A stretch of 64,000 bases of DNA from a bacterium (GTDB taxonomy: Bacteria > JADJOY01), in NCBI GenBank assembly GCA_046331705.1, contig JAXLQJ010000031.1, positions 1-64,000 of the forward strand, given 5' to 3'. Positions 29,369 to 39,200 of the stretch are shown here, one piece after another. Numbering within the stretch: the first letter of the stretch is position 1; the number at the start of each line of letters is the position of its first letter. Position numbers and translations under genes: made by a program. A model generated the notes under the pieces. It did no database searches. It saw nothing but the letters and a program-made list of their open reading frames with translations, and was not told where the DNA came from.

Positions 29369-30484
29369 CTACACCGCGTCGAGCCCGAGCACTTGGCGCG
29401 CGACGATGCCGCGCATGATCTCGGTGGTGCCGCCGCCGATGGTCTCGTACATCGCCACTTGCCAGAGCAGGTGCATGCGAGCGTCGGCGAGGGCGGCGGG
29501 GCCGCCCAGGTCGAACGCGGCGCGGGCGATGCGTTGGCAGGCGAGGGTGTGCGCGACCTTGTTGGCCGCGGCCTCGGCCATCGCGGGCTCGCCGCGTCCC
29601 ATCGCGTCGAGGACGCGGAGCGCCTGCATCTCGACCTCGAGGACCAACACCGCGAGATCGGCGAGGCGCGCGCGCACCTCCCGCGCGTCGAGGACGCCAG
29701 CGCGACGGACGAACTGCACGACCTCCTCGAAGTCGCGCCGCACGCGTCCCGGCGGGAACTGGATGTGGCGCTCGTCGGCGAGCGCCGCCCCCATGATTCC
29801 CCAGGCGCCGTTCTCGGGGCCGACGCGGTCGGATTCGGCGATCTCGACGTTCTCGAAGAAGATCTCGTGGAGCTGATCGCCGTCCATCGTCGGCAGCGGC
29901 CGCACCGTGACTCCGGGAGCGTTCTTGTCGACGATGAAGAGCGACAGCCCGCGGCCACGGCTTTCTTGGGTGCCGGTGCGCGCCAGGAGCCACAGGTAGT
30001 CCATGTCCTGGGTGTACGACTGCCAGCACTTCTGGCCGTTCACCAGGTACACGTCGCCACGCTTGTCGGCGCGTGTGCGCAGCGCCGCAAGGTCGCTGCC
30101 CGCCTCGGGCTCGGAGTAGGCGAGGGAGAAGTGGGCGTCGCCGCTGCGAATGGGCGGCAGCCAACGGCGCTTCTGCTCGTCGCTGCCGTGACGGATGAGC
30201 GTCTTGGCGACGATGCCGGCGGCGAGCGGATTCCGCGCGGCGCGGGCGTACGCGACCTCGTCCCACAGGATGAACTCTTCGGTGAGGCCGCCGCCGAGCC
30301 CGCCGTGCTCGCGGGGCCACACCAGCGAGAGCCAGCCGCGCTCGCCCATCGCGCGGAACATCGCCCGCACCCGCGGCCAGGCGCGTCCCTGGCACATGAA
30401 GCCGTCCACGTCGCGCCAGTCGGCGAGAAATGCGCGCACCTCGGCGCGGAAGGCTTCCTGCTCGGGAGTAAACGAGAAGTCCAT
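29369..30484 (-). CDS. Acyl-CoA dehydrogenase (full-length, alpha-type)
   Basis: FRAEVRAFL, YSEPEAGSDLA, NGQKCW, TIGGGTTEI. Confidence 0.93.
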   Translation of the reverse strand: MDFSFTPEQEAFRAEVRAFLADWRDVDGFMCQGRAWPRVRAMFRAMGERGWLSLVWPREHGGLGGGLTEEFILWDEVAYARAARNPLAAGIVAKTLIRHGSDEQKRRWLPPIRSGDAHFSLAYSEPEAGSDLAALRTRADKRGDVYLVNGQKCWQSYTQDMDYLWLLARTGTQESRGRGLSLFIVDKNAPGVTVRPLPTMDGDQLHEIFFENVEIAESDRVGPENGAWGIMGAALADERHIQFPPGRVRRDFEEVVQFVRRAGVLDAREVRARLADLAVLVLEVEMQALRVLDAMGRGEPAMAEAAANKVAHTLACQRIARAAFDLGGPAALADARMHLLWQVAMYETIGGGTTEIMRGIVARQVLGLDAV

Positions 30485-30591
30485 GGTCCGTCAGCGTCTG
30501 CGCATGGAGGGGCGTCGGTCCCTCGACGCCCCCGGCCCGGCCGGCGAACGAGGGACCGATCGCCCGCCAAGGCGCACGTGGAGTCGCTGCA

Positions 30592-31455
30592 TCAGCGCTC
30601 GCTCTTCGCGCCTGGGATGCCGGCGTTGGGGTCGGGATTCCAGCGGGCGACGCGCTTCTCGCCGAACGCAGCCGGCCCCTCGGTGAAATCGGGGTGCATC
30701 CAGTGAAGGCGAAGCAGCGCCCACGCCTTCTCGAGCGCCTGCGTGTAGCCCTGCTCGACCCCGCTCCAGATCGCTTGCTTGGAGAGCGCCATCGCCTGCG
30801 GCGAGTTGCCGGCCATCTGCAGCGCCATCGTCTCCGCGAGCGGCAGCAGATCGGCCGGCGTGTCGACCAGCTCGTCCACCAGGCCCAACTGGTGCGCGCG
30901 CTCGGCGCCGAGGCGGAAGTGTTTCCCTTGGAGCGTCATGCGCAGCGCCGTTCCGAGCGGCAGCCGCTTGGCGAGGCCGATGTTCTCGATGGCGCCCACC
31001 ATGCCCACGTTCACGTGGGTGTCCACGAAGCTCGCGTTCCGCGACGCGAGGATGATGTCGGCGTCCACCACGAAATGGTGCCCGCCACCCACACAGAGCC
31101 CGTTCACCGCCGCGATCACCGGCTTCCACACGCGGTTCTGGTACGGCGACCAGAAGACGGACTCGCTGAGTGGCTGGTTGATGAAGACCTCGCTCGTCTC
31201 TTCCTGGGTGGCGACGTCGAAGCCGGTGCAGAAATGCTTCTCGCCGGCGCCGGTGACGATGGCCACACGCACCGCGGGATCGTCGCGGATGTCGCTCCAC
31301 ACCGCGCGGAACGTCGCGTGCATCGACGGCGCGAGCGCGTTGCCCCGCTCGCGACGATCGATGGTGATGAGTGCCAAGCCATTCGACTTCTCGTAGCGCA
31401 GGCCCGTCATGGGCTTGGACACGTCGATCTCGTGGTAGCGCGACACGTGCGTCAT
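30592..31455 (-). CDS. Enoyl-CoA hydratase/isomerase family protein
   Basis: HFCTGFD, KPVIAAVNGLCVGGG, DADII, AERAHQLGLVDE, EGPAAFGEKR. Confidence 0.92.
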   Translation of the reverse strand: MTHVSRYHEIDVSKPMTGLRYEKSNGLALITIDRRERGNALAPSMHATFRAVWSDIRDDPAVRVAIVTGAGEKHFCTGFDVATQEETSEVFINQPLSESVFWSPYQNRVWKPVIAAVNGLCVGGGHHFVVDADIILASRNASFVDTHVNVGMVGAIENIGLAKRLPLGTALRMTLQGKHFRLGAERAHQLGLVDELVDTPADLLPLAETMALQMAGNSPQAMALSKQAIWSGVEQGYTQALEKAWALLRLHWMHPDFTEGPAAFGEKRVARWNPDPNAGIPGAKSER

Positions 31456-32429
31456 GAGCGTTCTCCGGGGCGAGGCGGCGAGGCATGCGGCACGATGCCA
31501 AAGTGGGCGAGCACGGCGTCGCGCGCGGGATCGTGCCACCGTACCGCCGAAGCGAGCTGACGAATTCGCCGCGACACGCGGTACACCGGCCCCTCGACGG
31601 TGATGCCGAGGGCGCCGAACGCTTGATGACACGTGTTCGCCGCTTCGAGCGCAGCGCCGCGGCTCGATAGCCACGCCGCTGAAGCCAGCGCGAGTGCTCG
31701 CTGGACGGCGCCGCCGTCGAGATCGCACGCGGCATTGCGCGCCAGCGTTTGCGATGCGGTGAGCTGCATCCAGGAGTCGGCGAGGGGATGCGCCACTGCC
31801 TGGAACTTGCCGATGGGCTTGCCGAATTGGGTACGCACGGCGGCGTGCTCGGCGGTGGTTGCCACGAGCCCGAGCCCTGCGCCGGCGAGATAGGCGGCGG
31901 AAGCCACGCGATGCAGCGTGATGGCGCGCTCGGCGTGCGAGAAGGTGCGCAGCCGGTACGCACCCGCGTAACACCAGCCTTCACCGGCGATCGTGGTGAA
32001 CGGCTGAACCCCGGCGCCCGGCTCCACGCGATGCACGTCGCAGCCGTCGATCTCGAAATGCACCTTCGCCACGCCCCACCACGGGAATTGCCTGCTGACG
32101 GCGACGCCTGCGACGAGCTCGCCCGCGACGAGCCGCTCGCGCTCCGCGTCGTCGACGAGCTGAGTGGCGAGGAAAGTGTCCGCGATGGGTCCAGGAAACG
32201 CGGCCCGCCCGAGCTGCTCGCACGCCGCCACGATCTCGAGCGCGCCTCCGCCGCCCTCGGGTGTGCCGAGCGCCAGCACGCCCAGCTCGGCGAGCGCATG
32301 CCAGAGCTCGCTCGGGAATCGCCCGGTGCAGGCGTCGATGGCCGCGGGCGTGGCCTTCTCGCGCGCGAGCTTGGCCACCGACTCGGCGATCGCTTGCTGC
32401 TCGCCGTTCCACGTGAGATCGAGCGTCAT
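31452..32429 (-). CDS. Acyl-CoA dehydrogenase (short, beta-type)
   Basis: LWHALAELG, RTQFGKPIGKFQAVAHPLAD, HQAFGALGIT.E; lacks the SEPxAGSD motif. Confidence 0.88.
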   Translation of the reverse strand: MTLDLTWNGEQQAIAESVAKLAREKATPAAIDACTGRFPSELWHALAELGVLALGTPEGGGGALEIVAACEQLGRAAFPGPIADTFLATQLVDDAERERLVAGELVAGVAVSRQFPWWGVAKVHFEIDGCDVHRVEPGAGVQPFTTIAGEGWCYAGAYRLRTFSHAERAITLHRVASAAYLAGAGLGLVATTAEHAAVRTQFGKPIGKFQAVAHPLADSWMQLTASQTLARNAACDLDGGAVQRALALASAAWLSSRGAALEAANTCHQAFGALGITVEGPVYRVSRRIRQLASAVRWHDPARDAVLAHFGIVPHASPPRPGERS

Positions 32430-32459
32430 GGGCAACGCATCGACGCTATGCGCGCGAGC

Positions 32460-33398
32460 TCACGCGTTCAGGCCCCAGCGCAGCGACGCGAGCACGCGCC
32501 GATGACCGGACACGCCGCCCAGCTCCAGGCTCAGCGCGTGCAAGCGCAGCGTCCATGCGTGCAGGTCGTATTCGCGGGTGAAGCCGATCGCACCGGAGAG
32601 CTGGTGGGTTTCGCGCGCAACGCGGGTGGCCGCGTAGGACGCGTGGGCAGCGGCCGCGGCGGTCGCCTCCGCGGGCGCGCCCTGGTACGCCGCCTCGTAG
32701 GCGAGCCAGCGAGCGCCTTCGACCAGCACCTTGCACTCGGCGAGGCGGTGCTGCACCGCTTGAAAGGAGCCGATGGTGCGGCCGAACTGCTTGCGCACCT
32801 TCAGGTACTCGACGGTGGTGACGAGGGCCGCGTCCATCGCGCCGACGATCTCGACGGCCAGCGCCAATCGCCACAGGCTGCTGAAGCGCGCGTGGGCGCC
32901 GTCGCCCGCGTCTTCGCCGCGATCGGTGAGATCGCCGACGATCCGGCCCATCGGATAGCCGAAGTCGGAGCGCACCGGCTCGGTGTCGCCGGGCTCGAGA
33001 GCGATGAGGCGGACGCCGTCGTCGTCGCCGAAGACCAGGGTGCGCGCCTGCGCCACGAAGCGGATGGGGTCGCCGAGGTCCCAGTCGAACGCGAGCGCCA
33101 CCGGGCCTTCGACGTCGTCCGGGGTGAGCGAGGTAGCCACCAAGGCTTGAGCGCCGAACGGCACCACGCCCGCGTGCCGCGAGACCGCCTCGGTCACCAT
33201 CGCCGCCTCCAGCAGGCCCATCCCGTCCTGACGTGCGACGGCGAGGTAGCCGCCGTCGACGAGCGCGGCGAAGAGCGCCGGATCGTGCCCGCCGCTCGTG
33301 CGCAGCTCCACGGCGCGCTTGGGGCCGGCGTGCTTCGCCAGCAAGCCCTCCACGGCCGCCACGATCGCGCGCTGGTCTTCGCTGGGCTCGAAATCCAC
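32460..33398 (-). CDS. Acyl-CoA dehydrogenase (short, beta-type)
   Basis: RKQFGRTIGSFQAVQHRLA, HQLSGAIGFTREYDLH; lacks SEPxAGSD. Confidence 0.88.
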   Translation of the reverse strand: MDFEPSEDQRAIVAAVEGLLAKHAGPKRAVELRTSGGHDPALFAALVDGGYLAVARQDGMGLLEAAMVTEAVSRHAGVVPFGAQALVATSLTPDDVEGPVALAFDWDLGDPIRFVAQARTLVFGDDDGVRLIALEPGDTEPVRSDFGYPMGRIVGDLTDRGEDAGDGAHARFSSLWRLALAVEIVGAMDAALVTTVEYLKVRKQFGRTIGSFQAVQHRLAECKVLVEGARWLAYEAAYQGAPAEATAAAAAHASYAATRVARETHQLSGAIGFTREYDLHAWTLRLHALSLELGGVSGHRRVLASLRWGLNA

Positions 33399-33414
33399 GG
33401 CATCGGCCTCGCGG

Positions 33415-34560
33415 TCACTCGTTGGGCAGGCCCAGGACTCGGCTCGCGATGAGATTGAGCTGCACCTCGGTGGCGCCCACCGCCACGCCGGCCGTCATCG
33501 CCAGTCGGAAGTTGGCGTCGGCGAAGGTGCCCGACTCCATCGCCTCGGGACCGAGCAGCTCGAGAGTGAGCTCGCCCACGTGACGATCCGCGTGGGTGCC
33601 GGCGACCCGCGCGAGCTGGGTGTCCGCGCTCGGCGGTGCGCCGTGGGCGCGCTGGTCGATGACGCGGTAGTTGAGCAGCCGCGCCGCCTCGCAGATCGCG
33701 CGCGCCTCGGCGAGGCGGTCGATCACCAGCGGGTCGTTGGTGAGCCCGCGCTCGCGGCAGAGCTCCACCAGCCGATCGAGGGTGCGGGCCGCGCGCGCGT
33801 AACGCGCGGCACCCACGCGCTCGAACTGAAGGGCGTAGCTCACCACGTCCCAGCCCGCGTTCTCCTCGCCCAGCCGCACGCTCGCCGGCACGCGGGCCTC
33901 GGTGAAGAAGACCTCGTGGAAATAGCGGTCACCGACCACCGACGGAATGTCGCGGACCTCGATGCCAGGAGTGCTCATGGGCACGAGCAGCACCGAGAGG
34001 CCGCGGGTTCGTTTGCTCGCCGGATCGGTGCGCACCAAGAGGAAGCAGTACTGGGCGTGGTTGGCGTACGACGTCCAGATCTTGCTGCCGTCGATGACGT
34101 AATCGTCGCCGTCGCGACGGGCGCGGGTGCGCAGGGCGGCCAGGTCGCTGCCGGCGTCGGGCTCCGAGAAGCCCTGGCACCACAGCACCTTGCCTGCCGA
34201 GATCTGTGGCAAGTGATGGCGCTTCTGCTCGGAGCTGCCGAAGCGCATGATCGCCGGCCCGATCCAGTTCACGTTCATGTACTGGGGGCCGCGCGGCTCG
34301 CCGATCGCCCAGCACTCCTCGCCGATGATCGCGTGGCGCCAGGGGTCTGCGTCCTTGCCGCCGTACTCCCTCGGCCAGTGCTGCGTGAGCCAGCCGCGCT
34401 CGGCCATGCGCGCGCAGAATCCGTACGAGAACTCCGCCTGGGCGTCGCTGCCGGGGCCGTGCTGGGCGATCGTTTCCCAGTCGGCGGGCAGCGTCTCGCG
34501 CAGGAACTCGCGGAGCTCGCGGCGGTGCTCCTCGTCGTCTGCAGACCAGTCGAATTCCAC
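33415..34560 (-). CDS. Acyl-CoA dehydrogenase (full-length, alpha-type)
   Basis: WPREYGG, WCQGFSEPDAGSDLA, GSKIWTS, GATEVQLNLIA. Confidence 0.93.
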   Translation of the reverse strand: MEFDWSADDEEHRRELREFLRETLPADWETIAQHGPGSDAQAEFSYGFCARMAERGWLTQHWPREYGGKDADPWRHAIIGEECWAIGEPRGPQYMNVNWIGPAIMRFGSSEQKRHHLPQISAGKVLWCQGFSEPDAGSDLAALRTRARRDGDDYVIDGSKIWTSYANHAQYCFLLVRTDPASKRTRGLSVLLVPMSTPGIEVRDIPSVVGDRYFHEVFFTEARVPASVRLGEENAGWDVVSYALQFERVGAARYARAARTLDRLVELCRERGLTNDPLVIDRLAEARAICEAARLLNYRVIDQRAHGAPPSADTQLARVAGTHADRHVGELTLELLGPEAMESGTFADANFRLAMTAGVAVGATEVQLNLIASRVLGLPNE

Positions 34561-34625
34561 GGGAAGCGCTCGGAGCGGGCGAGGGAGAAGGGCGGGCGGG
34601 AGAAGCCGCGAAACGATGGCAAGAT

Positions 34626-34650
34626 CGAATTTGACGATCCGTCAAAAACG
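34626..34650. promoter_or_regulatory. Palindromic operator-like site TTTGACG-ATC-CGTCAAA upstream of ACAD operon
   Basis: Perfect 7-bp arms at 34630-34646 in an AT-rich patch; minus-strand TTGACA at 34662-34657; near-identical site at 63607-63631. Confidence 0.7.
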
Positions 34651-34686
34651 AAGAGGTGTCAACTCGACGTCGCGGTGGCGCGTCGG

Positions 34687-35119
34687 CTACTCCGGCGCGA
34701 TCAGGAAGCCCTCGCGCTGCGCCGCCTCGCGCAAGCGTTCGTCGAAGCTGACGAGTGTGTGAAGATGGGTTTCGCCCCATGACCAGACGAGTGCCGCGCC
34801 GAGCTGGAACGCGTCTCGGCTGCACGCAGCGCATGGACTGCGAGCAAGCTGCTCGCCGCGCTGGCGCACCACCTCGCTCGGCAGCACCTCCGACCACTCG
34901 GCCGCGAGCACCGAGAGAACACGGCGCGCGCGGGGCTGCCTCGTCGCTCGCGCGCAACACACCTCTCGTCGGCGGCGGCTGAGCGCAGACACGCATTCCG
35001 TGCGCGTAGCCCACCAGACCACCAGCGCGGCATCAGCCTCGGCGATCCGGCGCACGCTGGCGCTCGCGGGCCCGTCGACGCAAAGCGGGACGATCGCGCG
35101 AGGTATCCCAGAACCTCAC
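34687..35119 (-). pseudogene. vapC: VapC PIN-domain toxin, frameshifted as sequenced
   Basis: MRFWDTS, then shifted IVPLCV...VVWWATRTECVSALSR...LRAA/DAFQLGAAL...SFDERLREAAQREGF; GTGA coupling to antitoxin. Confidence 0.8.
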
Positions 35120-35406
35120 CAGCCAGACTCGCGTTCGTCCGCGACCGCCTTACGCACGGTCGCCTTTGCGTCGCGGGGACGCGAATCTCCCAGAACCCCT
35201 TCGGCAGACGTCCGCTGCCCAGTCGTACCAATCCCTTGCGTTCGAGCGCGCGCAGCGCGTCGAGACCGGCGTCGCGCGACGACCGGCACCAGTCGCGCGA
35301 TGGGTGTGCCGCGCTCGGTGACGAGCACGTCGTCTCCGGCTTTCACGCTGCTCAGGTATCGACTGAGATGGACCTTGAGATCCGTGACCTTGGCGACCTT
35401 CGTCAT
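35116..35406 (-). CDS. Phd/YefM (prevent-host-death) antitoxin, internal compensating frameshifts likely
   Basis: KVTDLKVHLSRYLSSVKAGDDVLVTERGTPIARLVP; family-like GLVRLGSGRLPKGFW segment lies in another frame. Confidence 0.85.
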   Translation of the reverse strand: MTKVAKVTDLKVHLSRYLSSVKAGDDVLVTERGTPIARLVPVVARRRSRRAARARTQGIGTTGQRTSAEGVLGDSRPRDAKATVRKAVADERESGW

Positions 35407-35545
35407 GAGACCAGACTAGTCTGTGCAAGTAGATCGAACAAGGCGATTTGGGTTGTCGGTGCGCTCCCGTCGGTGACTGACGGCGCGCAGCGTGACGGCG
35501 AACGCGGCAGTTGCATGCGATCGCGGCACTGTGAGGTGGCCGGGA

Positions 35546-36215
35546 TGGCGCGAATCCTCGAGCGGGCTCGCGCCTGCACTGCGGTGCCGCCGCTGGTTGC
35601 TGCGCAGCCTGTTGGAACTCCGAGCCGAGAAGCGACATCGCCGCTGAGCAGGCGGGAGGGCCGTCGAGATCTGGTTCGGCCGACGGTGGCGAAGAACCAG
35701 GGCCGCCCCGGCCCGCAACAGAGCGTCCAGACGGAGGAACGTGCTCGTTGCACCCACGACCCGCTCCGCTCCGTGATCACGTCGAGCGACGGCACGATCG
35801 TCAGCGTCGAGCTTGACGCCTGATCCCCGCGCAACAGCAATGCGTGCGGCCAGCGCAGCACGCGACAGTCGCCAACGCCGGCCGTGTGACACGAGCACGC
35901 GCCGAAGGTGGCAGCGCCGATGCCCGGCGGCCCTGGGTCACCGAGGGGGCCGATTGCGTGGATGGGTCCTGTTGCCAGCCCCAGCGGCGGGCACCTGGTT
36001 GCCGACAGGAGCGTGAGCGCGACAGGCTGCGCGAGAAAACTCGCCGGCGCGAGTTTCTCAGCAGCCTGTCGATGTTTCCTCGGGGGTCTGTTCCAGACCC
36101 CGCCGCGAAAAGGCGCGACTTTTTCGGGGCCTCACCCCAAGTCGACTCGCTGCGCCTGTCGGCGCCGCCCGCTGGCGCGTGCCTTCTTCAACAGCCTGCT
36201 CAACACAGAGCGCTG
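35546..36215 (+). pseudogene. Fragmented hypothetical coding sequence
   Basis: Protein-like fragments in alternating frames (SVITSSDGTIVSVELDA; EFLSSLSMF; LARAFFNSLLNTER). Confidence 0.3.
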
Positions 36216-36364
36216 AGCACGCACGAGCTGCTGCCCCGGCGCGTGAGTCGAAGCGAGCGAGGCGCGATGGCGTCGCTCGTGGATTGCACGCGAGCGTCCA
36301 CGGGCGGACGACGGTCGACTGCCGTGGAAACGCCGTGCGAAGGATTGCGGAGACCTCTGCGATC

Positions 36365-37600
36365 GTGATCCCTGCCAGGCATAACCACCGAGCCTTCGGA
36401 TCGATGATTGCGTGTTTTGCGGAAGGAGCCGAACAGGCGTGCGCGGGCCAACCAGCCTATCGTGGGGCGTCGCGTGCCGGATTCACCGCCGCGGTGATCA
36501 CCATTCTCGTCTGGTCTGCGCGCCCGAGGCCTCCGTTCGATTTTGCGGACGCGGAGCGCGCAGTATGCGACACGGTGCACGATTGGCGCGCCATCACGGC
36601 ATGGCACCTGACCTACAGGTCGCGCGACTCGACGTGACTCTCCGTCGGCACCGCCGCGGCGTTCGCGGCGGGTGAAGGCCTGGTGATCGTTCCAGCGGCG
36701 GTGGAGGTTCAGGATGCTCAGCAAGTTCTAGCGACGGCTGCGTATCCGCCGCGACTTCAGACGCTCACGCAAGACGGTGTCGTCCGGCAGGTCTGGAACA
36801 CCCCGGTCGTGCGTCGTGACATTCGTTCCCCATCCTTGGCCCTGGTGCGCCGTTCACCTCGTCGGGAAGCGCCTCCCCCGACGTCTCCGACTTCGCCGGG
36901 CTACCGCCGGACCTGCAGTTGGATCTCACGCTCGACGCCAATGAGCTCGAGGAGCATGGGTCGAAGCGCTGCACGTCGTTCGAGTGGCTGGTGCGCCGCA
37001 CCGCGGGGCCGCCGCCCTACACGGACCAGTTTCGACGCATCGATTACCGCTTCGCTCGATGGTCCCGCTCGACGGCAAGGGCGACGGCACGGAGGACCTT
37101 GCGCAAACCTCCGCGAAGGGAGGATCGACCGGCATCGCGCGCAAGTGGCGGCCGTGATGGCGGCGCGCGCCCTGGAATCCCTAGCCTGGCGTTCTTCACC
37201 GCCGATCGCGCGCTCCATCACGTGGCCGGCGTGTATGTCGACGGCTTCGGATGGTGGATGGCGGACCTCGGTTGTCGCGACTGCGCGCTCTTCACGGTGG
37301 ACCGGCGCTGGTCTCGATCATGCCGCTGCCGGTGCCGTTCGAGGCAGCCGAACACCAGGGCTGGGCCCCCGCCGCGGGCGTCTACGGGCGGGGCGAGTCG
37401 TCTTCGACGTCGACTCGCTCGCGCGGACAGGCTGGGTGAGCAGCCGCCCGCGGCGAGTCGTCGCGGCGCAGGGATCACCCAGCCGCGCAGCCAATCGCTC
37501 GCGGAGATGTGTCCGTGAGCGACCCCGCACGGTGCGCTGGGCTCCCGCCACCGTCTGGCATCGCACGCCGACGGCAGCCGGCGCTGCGGTGGAGCCGTGA
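36365..37600 (+). pseudogene. Fragmented hypothetical protein with N-terminal TM segment
   Basis: Fragments FTAAVITILVWS, VIVPAAVEVQ, DLTLDANELEE, HHVAGVYVDGFGWWMAD in different frames; stop overlaps next GTG. Confidence 0.45.
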
Positions 37601-38236
37601 AGGATTGGCTGAGTGGCGAGGCCCTATGTCCCGCGCGCATGGACGATCTCAGGTATCTGGGTTGGCTCGGGCTCCGTCGGCTGCTGTGGACTGGTGAGCG
37701 GGCCACCGCGCACTACGCCGTCAGGCGCGCGGGACTTGGCCAGCCTGCTGGAAGCACTGGAGGTGCCGCGCCGGCTGCCTGACGTCACGCTCGAGGACGC
37801 TGCCGGTGGTACGGCGTCGTTGTGGGATCGGGTCGAGACGCGCCGTGCGGTCGTCACCTTCTACGCACCGTGGTGCGGTCCCTGTCAGAAGGAAGTGCCC
37901 GAGTCGTCGAGCATCGAGGGTCTCGCCTCCATCTTGGTGGTTGTGAGTCGCGACGAGGACCGCGCCGACACGCGTCGCAAGCTCGGACAACCTCGGCCTC
38001 ACACGCACCCAGTTCCTGCTGGTCGACGCGAGTGGCGCACTCCGAGCGAGCTGCCGAGTGAAGGCGCTGCCGACGACGCGTTTCATCACTAAGCGCGGCC
38101 TGGTGCTCGATCGCTTCGAGGGGTTCCAATCCATCACGATCTGGCGGGCTCGAAGGCGCGCCTCGACAAGAAGGCCGCCACCACCGCTGGCGGCGCCGAG
38201 AGCGGGGTCACCACGACGTCACCGAGCGACGAATGA
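37597..38236 (+). pseudogene. TlpA-like thioredoxin/disulfide reductase, frameshifted
   Basis: LPDVTLED, VVTFYAPWCGPCQKEVP (CxxC), VKALPTTRFITKRG in the next frame. Confidence 0.75.
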
Positions 38237-39200
38237 CGGACGGCGACTCGCGCGACGGCATCCGCAGTCCGGCGGCGATCGAGGTGGAAACCTCCATCTT
38301 GCATTCCTGGCACTGGCGGCGCCCGGTGTTCGCCCTTCGCGTATCGACCCTCCGCGTGCCAACCGGATCGGTCATGGGACTTTCCCGCTCCCAACGGCCG
38401 GGGAAGACCACACACTGTCCTGCATTCTGGGACTGCCAGGCCTCAGATCGGCACCGTGCGCTTCTGGGGGTCAGGAGATTCCCTCGCAGCGCCGATACAG
38501 CATCCCCGTCCGTTTCACGGCGTCTTGCTCGAGGACACGCGCTTGCCACCGTTCTTGCCGGTACGCGACGCACTGGCGCTCACGGCCCGCTTGGCAGCGT
38601 GCCACGTGGATCGCGGCGAACATGAGGTCGATCGCGTCGTCCATCTCACCGGGATCGATTCGTTGCTGGGCCGCCGCGTCGCGGTTCTTTCCAAGGGTCA
38701 GGCACGACGCGTGTGGCCTGCCGCAGCTTCATCGGTGATCCGCCGCTCTTGCTTCTGGACGAGCCTGCATCCGGGCTCGACGTCGCGGCGCGAGTCGAGT
38801 TCGACGAGACGTTGCGCCGCTCCTCCGCGACGGACGGCGGACGATCTTGCTCTCGACGCACTTGCTGGGTGACGTGGAGAGCACGTGCACGCACTTGGCC
38901 GTGATCCGCGATGGACGCGGAGGCCGGCGGCGGGCGAGACGGCTGATCTCCTCCGGTGAGCTGGGTCGCGATGCCAGTGACTGCGACATCTTCGTGCGCG
39001 CCGGCGATGTGGACCGAGCGGTCGCCGCTGGCCTCGGCGTGAAGCGTTCACGCTATCGCGACCTTCGATCGTCGATGGTTCCAAGGGCGCGCTCGAAACT
39101 TACGTATCCTGGTGGACCACCGATCGTGCCTGCGCGCATGGAGCCGACCGTCAGTGTGTTGGGCATGTACCGAGCTCACGCGCAGCACGGAGGGCGAATG
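38233..39200 (+). pseudogene. ABC transporter ATP-binding protein, frameshifted
   Basis: GKTT Walker A remnant, LSKGQ signature, LLLLDEPASGLD Walker B/D-loop, LSTHLL H-switch spread over several frames. Confidence 0.8.
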
